From assembly GCA_001179505.1 (NCBI GenBank), contig CDMY01000241.1:87894-151893 (forward strand): DNA of 64,000 bases. Reading direction: 5' to 3'. This document shows positions 38,791 to 50,204 of the stretch, one piece after another. How positions within the stretch are numbered: the first letter of the stretch is position 1; every line of letters begins with the position of its first letter. Position numbers and translations under genes: made by a program. The notes below the pieces were generated by a model that was not told where the DNA came from, did no database searches, and worked only from the letters and a program-made list of their open reading frames with translations. The stretch comes from Vitrella brassicaformis CCMP3155 (taxonomy: Eukaryota; Protista; Chromerida).

Positions 38791-41164
38791 ATCTACCAGT
38801 GTGGGAGCCTTCTGGATCGACTCATAGAACAAGATCGCAAGCTGAGCGCCCCATCGGTACACACATACACACATCGCTGCCATTGACATACTACGTGACA
38901 TTTTCCTTGTCGTTTCTGCGTTCATGCAGGCGCACGATGATGGCAGTGCTTCTACGACCTTCAGTGGGCGCCTTCGTCGTGCGGCTGATGACGTCAAGGC
39001 TTCACACGCGTCGCTGTTGGAGCTGACGAACGACATGCTGTCCAGTGCTCAGCAGGTATGTGTCTGACCAAAACAAGACAGCTGACACGTCCCTTGTCCA
39101 CGAGTGTGTGCATGTGTGTGGTGTGCCAGGATGGCCGAGCACCGTCGTACCGGCTCGTCAACCTCAGCGGCAGACAGCCACCCTCCGAGCCACCGGTGCG
39201 CACACACCACTGCACACAGAACTCCATGCAGCGAATCCCACATCTTCACCTGCCCCTTCCCTGCATGTGTGTGGGTATCTGTGCAGGCGGCAGATCGTGT
39301 GTACGGCAACGTGGACGCCAGCGGCCACCTGCTGACCATGCACTCGTTCTGGCAGCTCGCCAAGGCCGCCGCCCCCCAATACGACCGCATAGTATTCGAC
39401 TTCAGATGCCGCGACGAGTGGGAGGCGGTGCCCCCCGCCGCCGCATACGAGATCGGCAAGTGTGCCATCAACCTCAAGATCGTGGTGGTGCGGCACCCCT
39501 CCCACTCCCCTCACTGGTGGATGGTCGGCTGGTCGGCGTTCATCGAGGGGCACTCGCGCGGCGTGGAGGAGAGGAGGAGGACCGGGCAGGGTGGGGGGAT
39601 CGAGGAACTCATCTTCGTCCGCATCGAGGTCCAGGGCGCCCCCCTTCCCCGAACGGCCCCCCACACACCTCCTTCGCCCATCACCCTCCTCCCATCCTTC
39701 ACCCTACTAGCACTCAAGTCCATCAAGGGTGCCGCGGAGGACCACTGTCACCTGTTCGACAGCCGGCGGTGGCGCATGCCGGCTCTCGAGCACTTCAGGG
39801 GGGCTGAGGGGTCGTTTGGGGCGTTCTGCGGCACGTCCGATCGCCTGCAGTCCTTAGATGTTGGCGGCACTCGTGTTGGCGACGTAGCTGGTGTGATCGA
39901 GGGATTCCCCGGCGAGGGGTCGTCCAAGCTCGAGCGTCTGCAGCACATCCGTGGCCTCGGTTTGGCGGGCGGGGATGCGGATGCAGAAAACATCGACAGA
40001 CTTCGGGTGAGGCGCAAAGAGCACAAAGAGAGATACCCGAGACATCATGTCGGTGTCTGTGTCTTACCGCTGTCTTTGTAGGACGCGCTCAAGTCGCGGG
40101 GCTGCTTGAAGCTGCAGCACCTTGGCTTCATTTGCTTATGGGTCCCACCGGTCACCCTGCCCACCCTCCGGGCCATCGAAGGATTCCTCCCTGCCGCAGT
40201 CCCCCCATTCGGCCTTCCCGTGGCCGGGCTGTCGGTCAGCTTTGCGACCGAAGGCGTCCTCAGCTTCGACATGTCGCTGCTTCATCGCATCCCCGCCCCC
40301 TCCCTCCTGATGAAGGCCATGCTGCGGCAGCTCGCCTCAATCGCCACACACGTCGAGTGGGCGCCGGACGTGAGCTTCATGGAGCACCCGACCAGCCTCT
40401 CATGCGAGAAGGCATTCATGGAGAGCATCCGATTCGACAGGGCCTTTCAGCTGACCATCCACCAGAGCAGCCCCACCCTCCCTGCCGGCCACCCGTCCAC
40501 CCCTGACCCACACGCACCCCCATCACATGTGTGGGCGGTCATCGACCATATCGCCCCATCGGCATTTCCGAATGCACTCAGCGAGCTGAGTGTGGGCGGT
40601 CCGTTCGGCTGTGCGGCGGCCGCCCGGCTGCTGACGGCGGCCAAGGTCCGCGTGGCGGCAGAGTCTCGTGTGTTGGCGGATGACGTGGAGGGGTCGGAGG
40701 CCCTGCAAATGATGAAGTCGATGGGCAGCGGGACAGTGCTCGGAATGGTGCAGATAGCGGGCGTGGCGGGGGGGAATGTGGGCGGGCTGGATGAGTGGGC
40801 GAGGGCGAGCGCTCAGGACCAGCTGCCCAGCACCGATTCCCTTGACATCACCCTTCACGACCGTAGCCGAACGAGACAGATGTGACCAGTCTATCCGGAA
40901 ATGAATTAGAATGTCTCTGTCTCCCTTTGTGTGTATCTTACTCAAGAGTTAGCCGAGGCCATTGCGTGGGAGCAGTTGGACACGATGCTGCAGCAGTTTG
41001 TGCGGTCGACGAACAAAGTGGTCATCATGGTCCTGATGCGAGACAGGAAGGAGCTCGTGGCCGCCATCAACAAGGTCACAGCCACGACTCTGGCTGACGG
41101 TGATCGGACGAGCATCGCCATTGACCCGGTCCACACACTCCGTATTTCACGCCGCCGGACGTAA
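38791..41164 (+). CDS. Divergent family 1-related protein, copy C (start upstream, about 38450, not resolved)
   Basis: GT-AG exons including PSYRLVNLSGRQPPSEPP (compare PSYRIKHRSGLPPPDQP in copy A), EWEAVPPAAAYEIGKCAINL...FIEGH (compare LWERMPLETAYKWGQRAIHL...IIEGN) and SRGCLKLQHL. Confidence 0.65.
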
Positions 41165-41851
41165 GCAAGGAGGAAGGCGAGCCGCATGTGTACATGGATG
41201 TGTTTGGGTGTCTGTCTGTCTGTCATGGCCTCAGGTAGCTGCTGCTGTTGGCGCACACAAGAGTGCACCTGTCTATTCATCGATGTGTGTGGGTGGGTGT
41301 GGGTACGTACGAGAAAGACTCAGCTAGGGGTAGAGTGCGTGTGTAGATTTGTCCAATGGATGTGTGTGAATGTGTGTGGTGCGTGCGGACAGCGCGAAAT
41401 TCAACCCTTCAGACGTGGCGGTTGTCATCTCACGGTGTCCACACAGTGCTCTGCCGCGCCATTCACTCAAACGCGACCCACAGACATGCAAAAACGGTCC
41501 TAAAAGGGTCAGAGGCTCTCCCTCCCTCCCTCTATCTGTCTGTCATTTCGTCTGTCTGTCTGTCTGTCTTTGGCATCTCCGCTGATCATGTCAGGCGTTC
41601 CGACGCACACACACACACACACACAGAAACAAACAAGCGGCGACTCGGTCGCGTAGATGGTTGACCGTACGATGCTTCATACACGCATTCATGCGGCCAG
41701 CCATGCAGTGGTCTCGTTCAATTCAGTACTGTACACAGGCCACCACAGCGTGATGCTCTTCTGCGGTCGGTATTCCGTCCCGCACACACACCGGCATCAG
41801 CCGACGACAAGCAGACACTCATCATCACGTCCATCGATCTGTCTACCAGCA

Positions 41852-44758
41852 TCACTTGTAAGGCACGATCACATCTGCTATGTCGGATGAGCAGACGGGG
41901 CACTTCCACGACAGCCGCTGCTGGTTGGGGGGACCCAAGTACTTCTTGAGCTCGTTGGCACAGCCTGATCCATCCAGCCGTATCAGACACAGGTGGAGAG
42001 AGACAGAGGGGGAGGGAGAGAGACATCATGATGGTGTGGTGCGCGCCGCTCTCTCGTGTGTAGGGGGTGACGTGTTCTCACCCACCCTGGCAGACGCACT
42101 GATGTCTGCAGGGGATGAAAACAACCTCCTTGGCCTGATCCACACCCACACACATACACAGAGCGATTGCGTCCACCTCTCTGTGGTTGGCACGGTGATG
42201 TGAGTCGTTGAGTCACCTTGTCCTGCACACACACACATACGCACACATACACGGCCAGCAATAGACGAGTGTTGTGGCTGGCCGACGGACTGACCATGCA
42301 GATGATGCATTTGTCGTCTCCCTCGAGCTTGCTGATGATCGTATCCGTCACCATGGCCACCTCGCCCTCCTTGTCACGCTTCAGCTGCTTCAACTCATCC
42401 ACAGGCAACCCTGCGCACATCACACACACCACACATACAGAGGTGGGTGCACTCTCCATGTGTGAGTGGGTGGGCCGGTGGCTGACCTTCGATGGTCTTT
42501 CTGTCAAGCGGCCTGGAGGGATCCTTCTTGGCCTTCTCGAGCTCCTCCTTCAGCTCCTGTATCTGCTTCTCTAGCCGTCCGCGCTCGTCAGATGCCGCCT
42601 CGCGATCCAGCTCCTGGTTGGCGCTCCTGGTCTCAGACCTGGTGGACAGACGACGGAGAGAACCACACACACACACGCACAATGGATGTGATGTTGTGTG
42701 GGCTCCGTGATGAGTGTGTGTGGTTGGGTGTATACTCACTCGACGAGTGAGTTGACGAGCTGTCTGACGGCCTCGATGAAGCCGTTGAACTCTGCCGTCT
42801 TGGCGCGGCTGCCGGCCTCTGAACACACACACACACACAGGCAGGGATGGGTGTGGCCATTTGGCTGTGACGTGCTTGCTGATGGTTTGCGCACACACGT
42901 TGTTTGATGACGGTAATGAGTTTGTCGAAGTCGTCTGACGTGCCGAAGAACGACGTTGGCGGAGATTGTGAACGGCCCATCTCATAGTCCTGCAGGCAGA
43001 CAGGCAGGCAGACAGGCAGGAAGCGGGCACATGAGATGCTGAAAGAAGACCATTGTGAAAGTGTAAGTGCATTTGTGAGGAGCATGCCTCGAATCTGATC
43101 TCCTCAGGCGACTGCAGACACCGCACACCGCACCAACACATACATGCATGACGCTAACAGCCTCTCACTGTGTGCCCTGGTGTGAGTGCTCCCTCCCTCC
43201 CTCCCTCCCTCATCTCACCTTGACGGCGTATTCCTTCTGTGCGATGATGTGCCTGTGGAACTGGCTCATGGTGGGCGCGGGCGGCTCATGGGGGAAGCGG
43301 AACTGCTCCTCGTACTGCTGGAAAGGAAAGGGGCTGCCCTTCACCACCTCACCATCAAACATCCCACCTTCAGACATAAACATACAACCAACCATCGGAA
43401 CAAAGCAGAGATGGTCCGTTTCGTCCGTGTGTGTGCCTGACTTACCAACATGGACACATTCCGATGCACTTCGCCGGTCGACGCGGCCGAGCAGCGCCGC
43501 CTGCGCCTTGTCGACGGCGCGCTTGCGGATCGCAGCTGCATGCACGAGACGGCATTCATGGACGAAGGCTAAGTGGGAGGATGGTGCTCTAGTTGTCTCA
43601 CCCTGGTCGACTTCGCGTCGGCCGTTGCTGGTGGATGTGGTGAAGACGCTGCTACTCCCGGTGGAAGGACCTGACCGCCACACACACGAGAAGGTGAGAC
43701 GCAGTACTGAGGCTTCTTGTCTGCCTGATTTCATGGGCTACCCATAGAGACAGGCTCCATCGGCCGGTCGGCGTTGGTCAGCACTCGAACCCGCAGATAC
43801 CCTCCTAGCCCCCCACCCATCCCGCCGGCCTCCATCATACCGACGCCACCGCCACTACTGCCGCTATTACCAAAAATCGGCACAGGCGCCCCTTCACCAA
43901 ACAAACCTCCACTCACGCGCAGCGAGCCAAACAGCCCCCCTCCCTGCGAGCCACCCGCTGGAGCAGCGGCCGCTGCAGGGGCGGCACCAAAAATGGATTG
44001 AGATGACGACGCACTGCTGGCCTGTCCGAAATTGGGTGTCGGCGGGCCAGCGGGGAAGGCAGAGGAGTCCGCCGCGCCGCCCGTGGTGCTGCCAGTGGAG
44101 AAGAGACCGCTCCCTCTGCTCGCGAAGATGGGGGTGGTAATGGGGCTTGTGCTGCCGAAGAGACCACCACCACTGGCGTTGGTGTTGGCGAAGATGCTGC
44201 CGGTGCTGCCCGCCTGTGAGCTGGCGACCAGACCACCTGTGCTGCCGAACAGACCCCCACCACCAGAGCTACTGCCGCCAAAGAGACCCCCGCCACTGCT
44301 GGTGCTGCCGAAGAGGCCTCCTGCGTTCGGGCCACTGCTGGCGCTGCTGCTGGTCGTCGCACCGAACAGTCCGGGGAAGGCCGTGGGATTGGTCTGTGCG
44401 GGGACGGGTGGGAAGGGCGGCGCACTCGGCTGAGGGAAGACGGCCGCGGCAGTTTGGCCGAAGACCGGGAGAGCAGACTGAGCCGTGCTGCTAGTTCCCG
44501 ATGCACCGGTCTGGAACAGGCCTGAAACGGATACATCCGACGACGTAACCAGAGATCACCGGACGGAGTGTGGGTGCCTGGTGGGATGGACCAGTGCTCA
44601 CCTCCGAATATTGACGCCGTTGATCCACCAGCCGCCGCAGCAGCGGGTGGAGGGGTTCCAGCGCCGAAGAGTGACTGTGCCGCAGGTGCGCCAAACAGGG
44701 AGCCACTCGTGCCGGCGCCCGAGCTGACACCTGCACCCTCGCTGCGCCGTCCTGACAT
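41852..44758 (-). CDS. GLFG-repeat plus GLEBS (Nup98/Nup116-like) protein with a coiled coil and a C-terminal RING-HC finger
   Basis: ATG at 44758, many GLFG/SLFG/IFG repeats, spliced HRHIIAQKEYAVK-SPEEIRFE-DYEMGR, coiled coil ERGRLEKQIQELKEELEKAKK, and RING CIICM-DK-AKEVVFIPCRHQCVCQ-GCANEL...KCPVC. TGA at 41852-41854. Confidence 0.85.
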
Positions 44759-44883
44759 GACCCTCACGCACTGCAATGACACAGCAGAACACGACGGAAA
44801 CTCAGACAAGTGTGCTGGCTGAGACGGCAGGGCGGAAAAGGAGTTACGTTTCTCTGCTCTGCTGGCTGACGCCTGTCAGTCAC

Positions 44884-45166
44884 TCAGGTTGTGTGAGATG
44901 TCGTCCACTGCGACAGCAGCCAGAGGACAATCAGGAAGCCGAAGATGAAGATGATGGCGGCGAGAGGCGACACCGGGAGACCATGCTCCGCGTACGAGCC
45001 GCCTTCGCTGAACACCTGACCAGCCAGCCATACCAGACACAGAGGCGAATGTTGCAGCAAATCAATGCCTCAATGCAAGCTCTTGCCTCACTTGGAAGCC
45101 AATGCGGCGTTTGACGTTCGGCCTGATGCCGCGAGGATCCTCGTCTTCTCTGTTGTCGTCCGCCAT
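44884..45166 (-). CDS. 68-aa tail-anchored membrane protein, Sec61beta-like
   Basis: Exons 45092-45166 and 44884-45015 with a GT-AG phase-0 intron give MADDNREDEDPRGIRPNVKRRIGFQVFSEGGSYAEHGLPVSPLAAIIFIFGFLIVLWLLSQWTTSHTT. The G-L-x-V-x-P, F, L and W positions match the spacing of the Sec61beta transmembrane motif. Confidence 0.65.
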
Positions 45167-45184
45167 TAGAATTTGCCCCGTGCC

Positions 45185-45240
45185 GCCTAGGGTGCTGCCT
45201 GAAACCGCTGCTGCTTCTAGGGTTTGGGGTTTCAGGGTTT
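45185..45240. promoter_or_regulatory. Telobox-like cluster plus a 30-nt element repeated exactly at 50408-50437
   Basis: GCCTAGGGTGCTGCCTGAAACCGCTGCTGC is followed by CTAGGGTTTGGGGTTTCAGGGTTT, about 20-75 nt upstream of the ATG at 45166. Confidence 0.5.
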
Positions 45241-45458
45241 CACGATCGTGCTGCCAGGCAGCCCTCCGCCAGCGGGCGTGCCACCAGCATGACGGCATAG
45301 CCACTAGTTGTAGTCTTTCCTTCCGCGGCAGATCATTTCACAACCGTGCTTCATCGAACCGTAAGTACCGTTCCCATCCGCTCGCACATGCAGCGAAGGG
45401 CGAACAGCTGATCACATCCACCGCAGCATTCATCGCAACCGATGTTTGTCTGGTGCAG

Positions 45459-46713
45459 GTGAGATCTCGTTTCAGGGCCCGACAGATACAATGTCGGCGG
45501 GGGCGGATGCAGGGCCGCTTGCACAGCTCCAGAGCATCGGCACCATCATTCTCAATGGCAATCCTGCTCAGACCAAAGAAGACGTTGACCGACTGAGGGT
45601 AAGTACAACTACCTCACACACGGCCGATGACCTCACACACAGGTGCTTTCCTCTTCTTGCCTTCAGGGTGTGCTGTGGTCTCGTGGCTGCCGCCGGTCAA
45701 TGACACATCTGACCCTGCTGCTGGACTTCCGCGACATAGACTCGAGTGTCCTTCCCGTGGTGCAGTCCCTGGAGCAGCTGCACGAGGCGTGCTGCCGGCC
45801 AGACGCCCCCTTCATCTTCGAGGAGGACTCGCCCAGCGCGGCCAACGCCAACAGCATGCACCTGAGCTTGTCGCTCTTCTACGGCGATGACTTCCCCCGC
45901 AACCCCTCGGCCCTCTTCAAGCAGACCATCCAGCAGCTGGCACGGCAGGCCAACGAGATCTACTTCGCCATGGCGCAACACGAGATCAACAACACCGTGG
46001 ACAATCCCAGCAAAGCGGCCATCGACGTGGCCTCCAGCCTGTCCTTCGAGCGCGCCGAGAGGGTGACGGTGTGCGTCTTCACCTACCCCCCTCCCCCTCC
46101 CACCACACCCTGCCCCCACCCCGCCATCATCGACCACCTCAGGCCATTCCCAAAGGCCACCCAATTAGACATCACCGGCAGGCTGGCTGCGACTGCGGGC
46201 CGTCTGCTGGCCGCCCGGATGGCGACCCAAGTGGCGAAAGTGACCATCAGCGGATTCCCCACCGGTGAGGCGCTGGGCATCGTGGGCGAGCTGGGTAGCG
46301 AGAGGGTCGTGGAGGAGGTATCGATCCACAGGGGGAGTCCGCGGCAGGTGTCCTTCCCCTTGGCCGCCGACTTGCCGACGATTAGCCAGCTGTGTTTCAG
46401 TGCACATGGTGGGTGAAAAAAGGCAATCAAGACAGGCTCCTTCTTTGGTCTCGTTCGTCCATCGCTGTCGTGTGTGTGTGTGTGTGTGTGTGCAGTGCTG
46501 TCAGGTGATGTCCAGGCCGAGTTCCCGTCCGCACTCTCGGGTCTGTTCCAGCACGTCCCGGGTCTGCAGCGTGTGGCCCTGTCATTCGACAACCACTCCC
46601 CAGCGGCCATCCATTCCGCCTTCCCCGACGGCTCGACGATCGGACATTTCCCCGTGACAGTGGAGGAGCGGTCTGGGTGCCCTGTCGTGATGGTCTCCCG
46701 TGACGCGTCGTAG
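45459..46713 (+). pseudogene. 5'-truncated family 1-related gene or remnant (C-terminal half only)
   Basis: Exons carry LQSIGTI...VDRLR and SRGCRRSMTHL, homologous to the family 1 middle region. The N-terminal half is absent and no in-frame ATG was found in the upstream exon. Confidence 0.5.
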
Positions 46714-47312
46714 ACACGTACGACACACAGTAATGGAGAGCCTTTTCGACCATTGTCTGCCTGCCTGTCTGTCTGTCTGTCTGTCTGTTTGGTCAGGTTA
46801 GTCGCGTTGGCCTGCGTTGGGACTCGAGCGGCCGACAGAGTAGGGACGCGATAGCTAGATACATCTGGGCTGTTTGAGTTGAGACGGCAGCTGGGGTGGC
46901 TGCCAAGACCTAGTTGACCTGGTTAGCCTGGCTGCTGTGTGCATACTTACATCCTCACTGACTCTCAAGGGGCAGGGAGGGACGGGACGGGCAGACTCGT
47001 GCGTGTCGAATGGCGAGGTGGACAGACGCGTGGATGTATGTCATCCATTCAATTGAATCGAGTCGTCGGGATCAGTGAAAGGAATCTCAGTCTGTATTGT
47101 ATTGTGTGCAGTGGGGTCATATCATGCTGATGGTGTCTCTGTTGCTCCAGCAATCACGCAGGTGCGCATGCTCATGCGGCACAACAGCCACCGCCCAGAC
47201 AGCCGTGTGCTCACTAACGTGTGTCCGTGTCTGTCTGCACATTAGACACATAGACAGTCAGCCGGCTGTCACATTCATGGCCGTGTGTGGCATCGATGTG
47301 TGTGTGTATGCG

Positions 47313-47677
47313 TGGCCAGCCAGTGTGCCAGCGGAGTGGCATTTTCGCTCACCCAGTATAGAGCGCTTGGTTTCCTCCCATCCGACGGAGTCGTCATGGA
47401 TCAGTGGCATAACAAGGAAGATGCACAGCTGTTCCTGCAGTTGGTGGCGACACTGCGCCCAGCGCGTGTCGACCTCACTGTAACACTGGATCGGGATGAC
47501 TTGGAGGGAGAGGGGGAGGGTGAGCAGGGAGACAATGCATCTGGGCTCCATGCAGCCCGTTCATTCGCGTGGGAGTGCTACGTTCGTGTCAAAGCGCTCT
47601 ACACCATGACGGGCGGCTCATGTGAGCAAATCGATGTGGGAGAGTACCGTCTTGCCATGCAGCTGGCCGCCAAGTGA
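47313..47677 (+). pseudogene. Frameshifted C-terminal fragment of family 2
   Basis: WPASVPAEWHFRSPSIE lies in one frame and DQWHNKEDAQLFLQLVATLRP...SFAWECYVRVKALYTMTGGSC...LAMQLAAK* in another. No upstream family 2 exons are present. Confidence 0.75.
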
Positions 47678-48202
47678 GTCAATGGGAGGGGCTGGGCGGG
47701 GGGGTCGGCCGCACTATTCTTGTGGAGTCTGTCTGTGTGCCTAGATGGATTGATGGATGGATGGTGGCGTGTGTCGACACTTCCGTCGGCTGTTTTGCTC
47801 ATGGCCAAGCCGATGGTGTGTCTGCCTGACTCATTTTTCTCTGCTGCCCCTTCTTGTCTCGCCCTTTTGTTCGGCCGAACACCAAACACACAACACGGTC
47901 GGTTGAGTGACGGTCCAGAGGGAGGGCAAACTCCGTGCACGACCGCGGCTTACCAGTCTGGCTGGCTTTTCTCTTTTTGTCTCCTGGTGTGAAGTTTTTC
48001 ATTCATAGCACCCTTCATCTCGCTCAACCGACTAACCAGCAACAGGTGGGGGTGCGGGGGCCGGAGCGAGAGGGTGTGACTGACTGCAAGGATGAGCCAG
48101 ACGAGCCAACCCAGCCCTAGCTAGTGTGGACAGATGCGGGGCGTGTGTGAGAGTTGATGCAGTAGGTAGTACTCGCCCTCTGTGTTGCATGCCGTCATGT
48201 GT

Positions 48203-48710
48203 GTGCGTGACAGACAATTGCGGAAAGTGACATCAAACGCAACACAGTCATCTACCATATGGATCGATGCGTTCTGTATCTACGGATTGGAAAAAATCAA
48301 TATCTTCATGGCGTGCTCAGAGCCGACACACAGAACCACACAGACACACAGACATCAGACACACAGACACAGAAGAGAAAAGGCCACAAGCGGATCGCTC
48401 GTGCGAGTGTGAGCTGACCTAGCTAGGAGAGGAGACAGCCGAGCCGCTGGAGGTGAGTAGGTGCTATCAGGCATCACACGCATCCAGTAGTGATGCCACA
48501 CATACTACGCCACACGCACCTAGAATCAGTGAACGCGTGACGACTTAAATCAAATCACTTCTCACTGCGCAGAGAGATCGTGCGTAGAGACAATTGCGGA
48601 AAGTGACATCAAACGCACCACAGACGAACACAGTCATCTACCATGGATGCGTTCTGTATCTACGGATTGAAAAATAGCTCTTCCTGGCCTGCTCAAAGCT
48701 GACAGACAGA
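48203..48710 (+). repeat. Imperfect direct repeat of about 130 bp (48203-48335 and 48580-48710)
   Basis: Both copies share AGACAATTGCGGAAAGTGACATCAAACGCA, AACACAGTCATCTACCAT and GATGCGTTCTGTATCTACGGATTG. Confidence 0.9.
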
Positions 48711-48757
48711 CAGACACACACGCTCTCTCTAGATACAAGGGGCGACTCAGTCTGTGG

Positions 48758-50204
48758 CTACGGAACTAGCAGGCCACCGAACACCAGCTGTGCATCGCCG
48801 GCCCCCATGACCTGCCGCGCCGCCCCCACTGTCTGTGGGAATCTGCCGGCTCCGACCCCCACCACGGGAGGCTCCGTCGTGTACAGGCGGGCCTGGGTAT
48901 TGTGGGGGTTGCTGTAGATGTCGATGTGGGCCTGGAACATGTGCTTGGGCTGGTCGCCGTGCAGGACTATCACACGCAAAGAGAATCCCGCCGCCTGGTG
49001 GCTCGTGCTGATGGTGCGGCAATTCCACACAGGCGGCTGCTGATTGGCAAGATCCCGCTGCAGAGAAACCACACAAGAGATATGGCAATGAGTGAGAGGA
49101 GTAGCTGGTGGGTGGGTGAGAGGCGCTTCTTGTGTATGGCTGACCACTCGGGCGTAGCCTGCGGGATCGTTGTACTGGAAGACAAAATGGGAGGCGACCT
49201 CCGAGCCTCCAAAGCGTATCCTGATCAAACACACCATGGCAGAGCGACGCAGCCAGTGTGTATATGTGTTCGTGTGTATCATTCTCCTCATCTTTCTCAC
49301 CAGTTCAACACAGCGTCGCAAATTGAAGCAAAGTCGTCACCTGCAACCAGACATACACACGGACATGCAACTAAATGACCCATTCCCCACAGCCCTCCGG
49401 CCCTCCCTCCCCCCTCTCTCACCTCGATACTCACACACAGGGTTGGCCGGGTCAAATCCATCGCGGAATGCGTGGCGGGCCGGCAGGTTCTCCAGTGGGC
49501 GGATGGTCAGCCGATGCCCATCCAGCCGCTCCTCGCCAATGTTGCGTCGCTCGCTGGGGCGCTCGAGCGTCATGCCAAGGTGGCGGCCGATGATTGAGAG
49601 CTGCCGCAGCGCCTCACATCGGCTGTCAAACACCTCCCGGCTGCCCACACCCTCCACATCAGCACTAACCAGCTCTATCGGCAACCGCTCCACCCGCTCC
49701 TTGTGCCTCGCCACCCTGACGATGGGCTTCCAGCCCGCCCACTCGCCGCTGTTCTCGATGAAGTGCGCCAGCTCCAACAGCAGGTCGAGGGATGTCAGTT
49801 CAGTGGAGACAGTGATGATGTCCTCGAGGCCCTTGTCTCCCAGCAGTCGGTTGATGTGCTCCTTGACGCGCTGCACCACAGTGCGGGTGATGCTCTCCTT
49901 GTTATGCTCCAGCTGCAGCTGTTGCTGGGTGAGGGGGCCGTTGGCAATCTGTGCGATGAGTGCGCGTCTGGTGGGGTTCGAGCGGGCGGCTTTGCTGATG
50001 AGCAGGGGAAGCAGTTCTTGAGGGCTGGTGGGGCGGCCTTGGCCCAACGATGACATTGCCTGATGGAGAAACCAACAAGAAACCACCCTGATGCTTGGCC
50101 ATATGATCTGTGTGTGTGAATTCTTCATTCACCTGTTGCCGCGGCAACTCGGCTACAGGACCAGGTCCAGCAGCAGCGGATGAAGATGGCGCTGCAGCCG
50201 CCAT
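48758..50204 (-). CDS. Lineage-specific family 3 protein, copy A
   Basis: First exon MAAAAPSSSAAAG..., core SGEWAGW...RLPIEL...CEALRQLS...GFDPANPVC, and terminal PPVWNCRTI...VFG. Homologous to 58334-59819 and 61435-63215. Confidence 0.75.

Noticed and set aside
44776-45114. 112-aa plus-strand ORF with an acidic stretch
   Set aside because: It is the antisense shadow of the Sec61beta-like exons; splice signals and the hydrophobic helix support the minus strand.
45217-45240. Interstitial telomere or chromosome-fusion scar
   Set aside because: Only three degenerate units, positioned like the other promoter-proximal AGGGTTT motifs; reported as a telobox-like element instead.
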